A stretch of DNA of 45,248 nt from Octopus sinensis (taxonomy: Eukaryota), in assembly GCF_006345805.1 (NCBI RefSeq), contig NW_021834827.1:1-45248 (forward strand). Reading direction: 5' to 3'. Made by a program: the position numbers and the translations under genes. Positions 11,150 through 21,280 of this stretch are shown in pieces. Each line of letters starts with the position of its first letter. Position 1 is the first letter of the stretch. The notes beneath the pieces are model-generated. The model was not told the origin of the DNA and did not search any database. It worked only from the letters and a program-made list of their open reading frames with translations.

Positions 11150-11729
11150 CCCACAATGCTACTACCCCCTCTCAGACAACATGTCTTTGTTTCGCAAGTT
11201 ATTGGGGACCCATCAGTACTAGTGCCACATAAAAAAAGCACCCAGTACATACTGTAAAGTGCTGGGCATTAGGAAGGACATCAAGCTGTAGACCTCTGGC
11301 TGCTATTTTGTTTTCACAGGAGACCTATTGAGTCAAGTACAAAATAAAAATTCAAATGGAAATTGTAGTTAAGACACCCATGCCGATGACAGGTTAAAAG
11401 CACCGTCCGAACGTGGCAGATGCCAGTGCCGTCTACAAAATATTTTTAACCCTTTTGTTACTGTATTTCTGTTGAGATGCTCTGTGTTTCTTTCAATTAC
11501 TTTAAATATAACAAAAAATTTGACTCCCCTGGCACCTGTGCCGGTGGCACGTAAAAAGCACCCACTGCACTCACGGAGTGGTTGGCATTAGGAAGGGCAT
11601 CCAGCTGTATAAACACTGCCAGATCAGACTGGAGCCTGGTGCAGCCTCCATGGCTTCCAGACCCTGGTCGAACTGTCCAACCCGTGCTAGCAAGGAAAAA
11701 CGGACATTAAATTATGATGATGATGATGA
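11150..11729 (+). mobile_element. RTE-1 3' UTR fragments with an embedded MITE half (11433-11521)
   Basis: RTE modules at 11200-11430 and 11522-11729; the piece between is the reverse complement of 9475-9563. Confidence 0.8.
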
Positions 11730-12060
11730 ATACAATGTTCTAGACTTGGAAATTTGTGGTACGTGTATAAGTCAATGAGACAGAATTTCTGACAGATATA
11801 AAGAATTCTCTGTAGAGTGATGGAATAATTCAAAAGCTGCATGGAAATTGGCAATGCTTGTGTAAAGTGTCAGAGACAGAATTTCAGGTTGATACATAGA
11901 ATCCTCTGATGACTTTATGAAATAATCTAGAGAAAGTTAATTAAATAAACATGAACTCTTGAGAGACAAGAATTTACCAATTTTGGTAAAATTGTGCTTC
12001 ACTTGGTTTTCATCAATTCATTATTTACATCAAGAGCATGAGTTTTTTTTTTAAACAACT

Positions 12061-12855
12061 CTTATCTTATTGTTTATTTTTTACTTGTTCCAATCATTGG
12101 ACTGTGGCCATGCTGGGGCACACGATTGAAGGGCTTTAGTCAAATGACTTAACCCCATTACTTGTTTTTATTTTTAAAGTATGGTACATATGTATTTGTG
12201 TGTGTGCGAGTATACATCTGTGTGTGTTTTTTGTATGTGTGTATATCCATAAAACTGAATTAATAAGACTGTGTGAGTGTGAGTGTATATGTGTGTGTAT
12301 GAGTGTATGTATGTGTGTGAGTGTGTAAATATATGTATTTGTGTGTGTGTGTGTGTGTAAGTCTATAAGACTGAATTAGTAAAACTGTGTGTATATGTGT
12401 GAGTATACATGTGTGTGTCTAATTTTGTATGTGTGTATATCCATAAAACTGAATTAATTAAACTCTGTGTGTGTGTATATATCCATAAAACTGAATGAGT
12501 GGGTGGGTGAACATATTTATGCATATGTATATGTGCATGTGTGTCTGTTTGTCTTACATCTATGTGGGAACACAGCTTTGTGTGTGTGTGTTAATAAGTA
12601 TTGGTTAATAAGTTTCAGAGATGTAAATAAACCAACACTGGTTGTCATATGATGAACTGGAATAACCACAGACATACATTTGCACACATGCATAAATGTA
12701 TAAGATGAACTTCCGTCTACCAAACTCATTCACATAACATTGATTAAGCTGGAGTTAGTAGAAGACCCTTGCCGAAGATGCTTGGCAGTGGGACTGAACC
12801 CAAAATCATATGGTTAAGAAGCAAGTTCTTTAACCACATAACCATGCTTGTACCT
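12061..12855 (-). mobile_element. Old SINE group A interrupted by a ~400-bp copy of the 18.9-19.5 kb minisatellite end
   Basis: A tail at 12070-12190, A remainder at 12599-12855; the intervening sequence matches 18860-19515 without its RTE insertion. Confidence 0.75.
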
Positions 12856-12869
12856 ACTATATATATATA

Positions 12870-13200
12870 TTTCGATGGGTGAATGAATTATCTTATGTTT
12901 ACCGTTAACATGGAAAATTCAATGAACCGTTACCAGGGTAGCAAATTCACGTCAGAAACTCGGTTGAAGCGGCCTAACCAAAGGTAGAAACTCCGGGTTA
13001 ATGTGCAGTAATTTGTGTGTTATAGATGAATAAATAAATAAATAAATGGAGTTGAATGAAGATGTTAATAAAATTCATTTACTTTCGACATATGTTTCGA
13101 AGACAACATGGTTTTATTCCAAAGGAATAAATTGTGTAAGATGCAATCTTCTCATCAGGAAAGAAAGAGAGCCTCTCTCAACAACATGTTTATCATGTAG
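12870..13200 (-). mobile_element. Penelope-like element terminal-repeat remnant
   Basis: A canonical minimal hammerhead is followed on the minus strand by a GCTACCCTG|GTAACGGTT motif also seen at 38647 and 44108. Confidence 0.65.
13082..13163 (-). ncRNA. Minimal type I hammerhead ribozyme (canonical core)
   Basis: Minus strand: ctttc CTGATGA gaaga [insert with tttattcc/ggaataaa hairpin] tcttc GAAA catatg TC gaaag. All core nucleotides are present, with a GUC cleavage triplet and palindromic stem III acatatgt. Confidence 0.85.
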
Positions 13201-13231
13201 GCAGTCATCGTAATTGTTATAATGTCTTGTT

Positions 13232-13434
13232 GTGTTATCCAAGGGAAAGGCAAAGGGGTCGATACAGCTTGGTACCTGTGACGTCGCAACTCATTTCTAC
13301 AGCTGAGTGAACTAGAGCAACGTGAAATAAAGTGTCTTGCTCAAGAACACAACACGCAGCCCGGTCCGGGATTCAAACTCACAACCTCACGATCATAAGC
13401 TCAACGCTCTAACCACTGAGCCATGTGCCTTCAC
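13232..13434 (-). mobile_element. SINE group B (body 1, tail 3, truncated)
   Basis: Matches 33573-33765 by eye. Confidence 0.8.
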
Positions 13435-13660
13435 AATTATGTATATAATTATAAATTTAGTATATAAAAATTACCTATGAGATTTTATTTCACACTAACC
13501 ACTTGATAAAATCATTAACGTGATTTTATCCTTAATTCTATAAAAAAATAAATAATAATATAAAAATATAAAAATATACACACATGACAGAATTTTGTAG
13601 ATTTTGTCTGCTTTTCTTAAATATTAAATTGAGTAATTTTTAAATTCTTTTTCTCTTCAG

Positions 13661-13852
13661 TTCCTGGCCCTGTATTAAACTTCACCTATGAGGTCATTGG
13701 TACCTCCATCCACCTAGCTTGGCAGCCTCCTGTTGAATTGAATGGCAATATATTCTGGTACCACATCAGTTTTAAAATTATCAGACCCTTAAATTCTTCA
13801 AACATGGATAACATCACAGTCACAAATGTACCAAGTGGTGACAACATATCAG
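13661..13852 (+). CDS. Internal exon encoding the N-terminal half of a fibronectin type III domain (extracellular receptor/adhesion protein, e.g. receptor-PTP-like)
   Basis: The acceptor is ttctttttctcttcag| at 13660 and the donor AG|GTAAAT at 13853. The exon is 192 nt, phase 1-1, with an open frame xPGPVLNFTYEVIGTSIHLAWQPPVELNGNIFWYHISFKIIRPLNSSNMDNITVTNVPSGDNIS. It carries the FN3 hallmarks P-x-P-V-x-N, S-I-x-L-x-W-x-P-P and N-G-x-I-x-x-Y-x-I, plus four N-x-S/T sequons. It is absent from the ORF track because it has no start codon. Confidence 0.9.
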
Positions 13853-13892
13853 GTAAATACCAGCAACACCATTTTTATTCTTGTTATTATTT

Positions 13893-15890
13893 TTAACTGT
13901 TTTGTTACTGTATTTATTTTGAGATGTTCTGTGTTTCTTTCAATTACTTTAAATATAACAAAGAATTTAGTAAAATAACTTAGTTATCATTAAGCTAGTG
14001 TTAATAACATAAATTGTGACTAAGGTTTGGTGGAAGATTTTAATTCTAAACTTATGAAAACAAGACATTTGTACTACAGAGCCAGAGCTGGTTTCAGCCG
14101 GGTCAGGTCGGTATCAAAAGGGTTAAGAATTGTTTCTCTATTATATATTTAAACCCTTTTGTTACCATTTTCCTGTTGAGATGCTCTGTGTTTCTTTCAA
14201 TTACTTTAAATATAACAAAGAGTTTAGTAAAATAACTTAGTTATCATTAAGCTAGTGTTAGGAACATAAACTGTGACTAAGGTTTGGTGGAAGATTTTAA
14301 TTCAGAACTTATGAAAACAAGACATTTGTACTACAGAGCCAGAGCCAGTTTCAGCCGGGTTGGTATCAAAAGGGTTAAGAATTGTTTCTCTATTATATAT
14401 TTAAACCCTTTTGTTACCATTTTCCTGTTGAGATGCTCTGTGTTTCTTTCAATTACTTTAAATATAACAAAGAGTTTAGTAAAATAACTTAGTTATCATT
14501 AAGCTAGTGTTAGGAACATAAACTGTGACTAAGGTTTGGTGGAAGATTTTAATTCAGAACTTATGAAAACAAGACATTTGTACTACAGAGCCAGAGCCAG
14601 TTTCAGCCGGGTTGGTATCAAAAGGGTTAAGAATTGTTTCTCTATTATATATTTAAACCCTTTTGTTACCATTTTCTGTTGAGATGCTCTGTGTTTCTTT
14701 CAATACTTTAAATATAACAAGAATTTAGTAAAATAACTTAGTTATCATTAGCTAGTGTTAGGAACATAAATTGTGATTAAGGTTTGGTGGAAGATTTTAA
14801 TTCAGAAATTATGAAAACAAGACATTTGTACACAGAGCCAGAGCTGGTTTCAGCCGGGTTGGTATCAAAAGGGTTAAGAATTGTTTCTCTATTATATATT
14901 TTAACCCTTTTGTTACCATATTTCTGTTGAGATACTCCATGTTTCTTTAAATTACTTTAAATATAACAAAAGATTTAGTAAAATAACTTAGTTATCATTA
15001 AGCTAGTGTTAGGAACATAAACTGTGACTAAGGTTTGGTGGAAGATTTTAATTCAGAACTTATGAAAACAAGACATTTGTACTACAGAGCCAGAGGCAGT
15101 TTCAGCCGGGTTAGTAATGAAAGGGTTAATCACCATCATCATTATTATTGCATTAACTCTCCTTTGTCCACACTTGCATAGCTCAGATGGAGTTTGTTGA
15201 GATATTTTTTTTTCCATGAGCTGGATGCCCTTCCTGTTGCTAACCCTCACCTGTTTCCAAGCAATGTAATATTTCCCCCATGCTTAACCCTTTCATTACT
15301 GTATTTATTTTGAGATGTTCTGTTTCTTTCAATTACTTTAAATATAACAAAGAATTTAGTAAAATAACTTAGTTACCATTGAGCTAGTGTTAGGAACATA
15401 AATTGTGACTAAGGTTTGGTGGAAGATTTTAATTCAAAACTTATGAAAACAAGACATTTGTACTACAGAGCCAGAGGCAGTTTCAGCCGGGTTAGTAATG
15501 AAAGGGTTAATCACCATCATCATTATTATTGCATTAACTCTCCTTTGTCCACACTTGCATAGCTCAGATGGAGTTTGTTGAGATATTTTTTTTTCCATGA
15601 GCTGGATGCCCTTCCTGTTGCTAACCCTCACCTGTTTCCAAGCAATGTAATATTTCCCCCATGCTTAACCCTTTCATTACTGTATTATTTTGAGATGTTC
15701 TGTTTCTTTCAATTACTTTAAATATAACAAAGAATTTAGTAAAATAACTTAGTTACCATTGAGCTAGTGTTAGGAACATAAATTGTGACTAAGGTTTGGT
15801 GGAAGATTTTAATTCAAAACTTATGAAAACAAGACATTTGTACTACAGAGTCAGAACCGGTTTCAGCCGGGTTGGTAATGAAAGGGTTAA
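13893..15890 (+). repeat. Tandem array of seven piggyBac-type MITE copies with two spacer types
   Basis: Each unit runs TTAA(A)CCCTTT..~230 bp..AAAGGGTTAA. The spacer gaattgtttctctattatatat recurs at 14127, 14379, 14631 and 14878 (period ~252). A ~155-bp spacer then occurs twice (period 381; identical ORFs at 15053 and 15434). Confidence 0.95.
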
Positions 15891-16110
15891 AGGCAGCAAG
15901 CTGACAGAATCGTTAGCATGCCGGGTGAAATGCTTAGCAGTATTTTGTCTTCATGTTCTGAGTTCAAATTCCACCAAGGTCAACTTTGCTTTCCAGCGTT
16001 TTGGGGTTGATTTAATAAGTACCAGTGGGACCCTGGGGTAGATGTAATTCTCTTGTCCCCTGCCTCAAATTTCAGGCCTTGTGCCTTCAGTAGAAAGGAT
16101 TATTATTATT
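15891..16110 (+). mobile_element. Older SINE group C copy
   Basis: aggcagcaagctgacagaatcgttagc head, gagttcaaattcc B-box, gtcaactttgc..ggggttgat..taagtaccag domain, (att)n tail. Confidence 0.75.
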
Positions 16111-16189
16111 TTAATTTACTTTGGTCGTTTCATGCTACCACCTAATGCACTTCTATGTGCAGCAATGTGCATCACTGTGTTTTTACAGT

Positions 16190-16826
16190 TAGAGGCAATG
16201 TGGCTTATGCCTGTCCCCTGCAACTGACACCCATTCTGGTGACATGTGAAAATCACCTTTCAAGTGTTGGGCCTCGTGGAGGCAATGTGGCTGATGTAAA
16301 AAGCACCTTTCGACCATAGGGCCTCATAGAGGCAATGTCAGATGACCGAGACCATTAGCAATATTGTTGTTGTTGTTGTTGATGGGTAAGGGTGATTAGG
16401 TGATGGTCTAGTGCTTGGGGGCAGGAGGCCCCAGACCATGGAAAAAAATACTTTGGTCGTCTTGTTGTTGTCGAGGGCTCTTCGTTGACGCCTGACACCA
16501 CTGGGAGGTGGCCCTTGAAGTCGCTGGAAATGGAGATCTCCAGGTCCAAATTCTTGAACAGCACTAGAGTAGAAGACCCATCAAGCCTAGTGAAATCATG
16601 GTCGTGGCAGATACTGGTGGCACACAACTGGCACCTGTGCTGGTGGCATGTAAAAGCACCCATTACACTCATGGAGTGGTTGGCATTAGGAAGGCATCCA
16701 ACCATAGAAACCATGCCAAATGAGACTGGAGTCTGGTGCAGCCCTCAGCATATCAGCCCTGGTCAATCCATCTAACCCATCACAGCACAGGCAATGGACA
16801 TTAAGTAATGAGGATAACGATGATGA
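16190..16826 (+). mobile_element. Degraded RTE-1 3' region with an unrelated ~190-bp insertion (16366-16555)
   Basis: gggcctcatagaggcaatg..gaccgagacc then gaagacccatcaagcc..ggaaggcatccaacc..(gat)n. Confidence 0.7.
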
Positions 16827-16896
16827 AAGATTGGAAGCGTATAGATTTTTCCCATGGGTGTAATGCACCAGTTTGTTTTGTTTTAATAAAAAATAA

Positions 16897-17335
16897 AATA
16901 ATAATAATAAAACATTGTGTACAGTGCTCAGGTGCACTACAACTCATCTAAAGTGTATATATAATCAGGTGTAGTTTCGGCGGATTTCGGAAAGCATGAG
17001 GGCCTTAAAGGATGCAGTGTCATGGCAGTCAACAACTGACGCAGGCAGTTTGTTCCATGCTTCAGCAACTCTGAGCGTGAAAAAATGTTTCCGAAAGTCA
17101 TGGGAGCTGTGTTGTGTTCTGACTTTGTAGGCATGTCCACGTGTGTTAGACACATGGAGATCAAAAAGGTGTTCAGTGTTGTTGTTGGTGAGGTGGTTGA
17201 TAACTTTGTGGGTGTTTACCAAGTCCGTCGCCAGACGCCGGAGCTTCAGTGAATCCATGCCCAGGGAAACAAGGCGCTCAGAGTATGGTAGGTGTCTGAT
17301 GGAGGGTATGCGTTTGGTTGCACGTCTCTGGACAG
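16897..17335 (-). mobile_element. 5'-truncated CR1-clade LINE (short 3' UTR subfamily)
   Basis: ORF 16965-17258 ..LRRLATDL..NTRGHAYKV..RKHFFTLRVAEAWNKLP matches the CR1 ORF2 end (RRLRGDL / TRGH / FFSxRVVNxWNxLP); (TTA)n tail. Confidence 0.92.
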
Positions 17336-17487
17336 ATTAGAGCTTAGTGTCTTGTTATATTAGTGGTTGTTCTGTTGTGAGTGATGTATGTAATGTAGAT
17401 GGTGCTCATACCATTTTTAGGTTTGCCCTGAAAGCTCACAATGCCCTCCCCTACAAGAGGTCACCACTAGCCAGTATTAGAACTGCT

Positions 17488-17888
17488 AGGCGACGAGCTG
17501 GCAGAGATGTTAGCTTAGCGGTATTTCGTCTGCCATTACGTTCTGAGTTCAAATTCCGCCGAGGTCAACTTTGCCTTTCATCCTTTCGGGGTCGATTAAA
17601 TAATTACCAGTTACGCACTGGGGTTGATGTAATTGACTTAATCCGTTTGTCTGTCCTTGTTTGTCCCCTCTGTGTTTAGCCCCTTGTGGGTAGTAAAGAA
17701 ACAGGTATTTCGTCTGCCGTTACGTTCTGAGTTCAAATTCCGCCGAGGTCGACTTTGCCTTTCATCCTTTCAGGGTCGATAAATTAAGTACCAGTTACGC
17801 ACTGGGGTCGATGTAATCAACTTAATCCGTTTGTCTGTCCTTGTTTGTCCCCTCTGTGTTTAGCCCCTTGTGGTTTGTAAAGAAAAAA
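17488..17888 (+). mobile_element. SINE group C dimer with 13-bp TSD
   Basis: The second unit starts at ggtatttcgtctgcc (~17703). TSD tattagaactgct (17475-17487) / tattggaactgct (17889-17901). Confidence 0.9.
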
Positions 17889-18199
17889 TATTGGAACTGC
17901 TGCTCTTCAGGGGCAAGGGCCAACTTGGAACTCAAAAAGAACTTACTGAACTATTCTGCAATCTGACACATGAAAGAAGTAGCGTTAATAAGTAAACAAC
18001 ATTAATTATAATTAGGTAAATCTTACACCTGTCATTGGCAATTAAGGGTGGGGGTAGGGGGGCTATAATTACAGTGTGTTGGATATTAATTTGTCACTGC
18101 TTGTTAATTATGCTATTAGCTATAAAACTCGAAGAGTGATTAAGTGAATATATCTTTGTGTCTGTCTGTCTGTCTTTTTGATTACGTGACAGTATAAAT

Positions 18200-18780
18200 T
18201 TGTGTGTGTACACGTGTGTATTTGTGTATGTATGTGTATGTATGTGTATGTCTTTGTTTGTATCTGTGTGTGTGAGTATGTCTATAAAACTGAATTAATA
18301 AGATTCTGTGTGTGTATATATATATGTGTGTGTATATGTCTTTGTATCTCTGTGTGTGCATATGTCTATAAAACTAAATAAATAAGACTGTGTGTGTGTA
18401 TATATATATGTGTGTGTGTCTGTGTGTGTATGTGTATATATATATATATATATGTGAGTGTGTGTGTTTGTGTGTGTGTGTATATATGTGTATGTATGTG
18501 TGTGAGTGTGTAAATATATGTATTTGTGTGTGTGTGAGTATACATGTGTGTATGTGTATTTTTGTATGTGTGTATATCCATAAAACTGAATTAATAAGAC
18601 CGCGTGTGTGTGTGTATATATATGTGTGTGTGTGTGAGTGTATATGAGTGTATGTATGTATGAGTGTGTAAATATATGTATTTGTGTGTGTGTGAGTATA
18701 TATATATATATGTGTGTGTGTGTATTTTTGTATGTGTGTATATCCATAAAACTGAATTAATAAGACCGCGTGTGTGTGTG

Positions 18781-18828
<48 letters not shown>

Positions 18829-19515
18829 AGTGTATGTATGTGTGTGAGTGTGCAAATATATGTATTTGTGTTTGTGTGAGTATACATGTATGTGTGTATA
18901 TCCATAAAACTGAACTAATAAGATTGTGTGTGTGTGTGTATATATATGTGTGTTGTGTATGTATGTGTCTGAGTGTGTAAATATATGTATTTGTGTGTGT
19001 GTGTGTAAGTCTATAAGATTGAATTAGTAAAACTGTGTGTATATGTGTGAGTATACATGTGTGTGTGTATTTTTGTATGTGTGTATATCCATAAAACTGA
19101 ATTAATTAAACTCTGTGTGTGTATATATATCCATAAAACTGAATGAGTGGGTGGGTGAACATATTTATGCATCAGCGCCGCCTCGACTGGCCTCCGTGCC
19201 GGTGGCACGTAAAATACACCAATCCGACCGTGGCTGTTGCCAGCCTCGCCTGGCACCTGTGCAGGTGGCACGTAAAAAGCACCCACTACAATCACGGAGT
19301 GGTTGGCATTAGGAAGGGCATCCAGCTGTAGAAACATTGCCAGATCAGACTGGAGCCTGGTGCAGCCTTCTGGCTTCCCAGATCCCCGGTCGAACCGTCC
19401 AACCCATGCTAGCTTGGAGAACGGACGTTAAACGATGATGATGATGTATATGTGCATGTGTGTGTCTGTTTGTCTTACATCTATGTGAGGACACAGCTTT
19501 GTGTGTGTGTGTGTG
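18200..19515. repeat. Microsatellite-derived minisatellite: (TG/TA)n blocks punctuated by tatccataaaactgaattaataagac
   Basis: The motif recurs at about 18283, 18366, 18577, 18742, 18900, 19010, 19087 and 19128. Confidence 0.9.
19173..19443 (+). mobile_element. RTE-1 3' UTR fragment (filled site; empty site at ~12523)
   Basis: Inserted between ..acatatttatgcat and atgtatatgtgcatg, which are contiguous at 12511-12540. Confidence 0.9.
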
Positions 19516-20134
19516 TAGCTTGAAGCAGGCAAAGCTATAAATAACAGCCTGTGAATATTGGGTTAAAAACCCCTTTGGAAAGTAAAAGCCAGAGGCATTG
19601 ATAAAACACCTGTCATGTTTACAGAAGTGGGTTCAATTCTTATATACAGCTTTCAGCTTTTTTTTATACAAAGAGATTTTTAACCTAATTTTTACATACT
19701 ATTAATTATAGCTTTATCTGCTTCGAGCTCCACCTTTCATAACAATAATTATTTAATTTTTTCTGGGGTTTTTTTTGTCAGTAGACTATATTATTTTATT
19801 CTTCTTCCAAGGTTTACCATTCTGTTAATACATCAAGGTGTGGGTAGGTTTGGGTGGAAGCGTAATTTGGAAAAAAATTTTTTATTGTTGTAGTTGTTAT
19901 TTCTAGCAGATCGAATGACCCACATAGAGGATTCTCCTCCCCGCTACAAATGTTTCCATTCATCCTCACTACCACTGCTTTTATGATTGTTGTTGTGGTT
20001 GATGGAATTATTTTCCCATTATGCTGTTGTTTTCTGCTTTTCATTCCATACCTGTGAAAGAGAATAAAAATGAAGAAATAAAACACAGAAAGCGAAGCTT
20101 ATTTTCAATCTGACATTGTATTCTTCATGTCAGG

Positions 20135-20384
20135 AAATGAATAAATAAATAGATAAATAAATAGATAGCGTGGGGGGAAGGAAGGAAGGAAGAAAGAAAG
20201 AAGAAGGAATGAAAAAACAAAAGGAAACGGAATGTAAATAGATAAATTAATAAATAAGTGAAGAATAGAAGGAAAGAAAGAAATGAGAGAGAGAGAGAGA
20301 GAGAGAAAGAAATGAAAGAGTGAAGGAGGAAAAAGAAATAAATGAAAGAGGGAGAGAAGAAAAGAGAAAGTAAGGAATGAAAGT

Positions 20385-20420
<36 letters not shown>

Positions 20421-20494
20421 AATGAAAGAGTGAAGGAGGAAAAAGAAATAAATGAAAGAGGGAGAGAAGGAAAGAGAAAGTAAGGAATGAAAGT

Positions 20495-20538
<44 letters not shown>

Positions 20539-20772
20539 AATGAAAGAGTGAAGGAGGAAAAAGAAATAAATGAAAGAGGGAGAGAAGGAAAGAGAAAGTA
20601 AGGAATGAAAGTGAGGGAGAAAGAAAGAAAGAAAGAAAGAAATGTGTGTGAGAGAGAGAGAGAAGAAAAGAAAGAAACAAGTGAAAGAAAGAAAGGAAGA
20701 AATAACATAGTGAAGGAGGAGAAAGAAATAACTGAAAGAGAGAGAGAGGAATAAAAAATGAAAGAGACAGGA

Positions 20773-20803
<31 letters not shown>

Positions 20804-21280
20804 AAGGAACAAAACAATGATGAAATAAAAGACAGAGAGAAAGAAAAGAAAGAAATGAAAGAGAGAGAAGAAAAGAAAGAGAAAAGATGGAAATGAAAGA
20901 GAGAGAAGAAAAGAAAGAGAAAAGAATGAAATGAATGGAAGGGAGAGAGAGAAAGAAGAAAAGGAAAAAATGAGAGAGAAAGAAATATAAAGAAAGATAG
21001 AAAGAAAGAAAGAAAAAGAAGAAATGAATGAGAAAGAAACAAAGAAAAGAGAAAGGATGAAATGAGTGAGTGAGAGAGAGAAAGAAAGATAAAGAAAGAA
21101 ATGAAAGAAAAAGGAGAAAAAGAAAGAATTGCAAAGAGAGTGAATGAAAGTAAAACAGAAATGAAAGAAAGAGAGAGAACTAAAAAAAGAATGAGAGAAA
21201 AAAGACAAATGCGAAAATAGAAAAATTAGAAAAAGTGAAAGCAGCAAAAAGGAAAACAGAAAACAGAAAGCAGAATCAAA
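20135..21280. repeat. Polypurine (GA-rich) tract with a ~110-120-bp higher-order unit at 20300-20640
   Basis: aatgaaagagtgaaggaggaaaaagaaataaatgaaagagggagagaag..gtaaggaatgaaagtgaggga occurs three times, separated by (gaaa)n. Confidence 0.93.

Noticed and set aside
12957-12998. Possible + strand hammerhead (actcgg ttgaagc..gaaa..ccgggt)
   Set aside because: The core lacks A9, stem II closure is off and there is no room for stem III; better read as the variable hairpin of the minus-strand element.
13893-15890. Repeat-spacer pattern suggesting a CRISPR array
   Set aside because: Repeats are ~230-bp TTAA-bounded MITEs, spacers are identical rather than unique, there are no cas genes, and the context is eukaryotic.
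18280-19145. Short conserved motif with variable spacers (CRISPR-like)
   Set aside because: Spacers are TG/TA microsatellite derivatives of one another.
20105-21247. Phe/Ser/Leu-rich ORFs of 295-380 aa resembling membrane proteins
   Set aside because: Open in all three minus frames because the tract is nearly pure purine on +.
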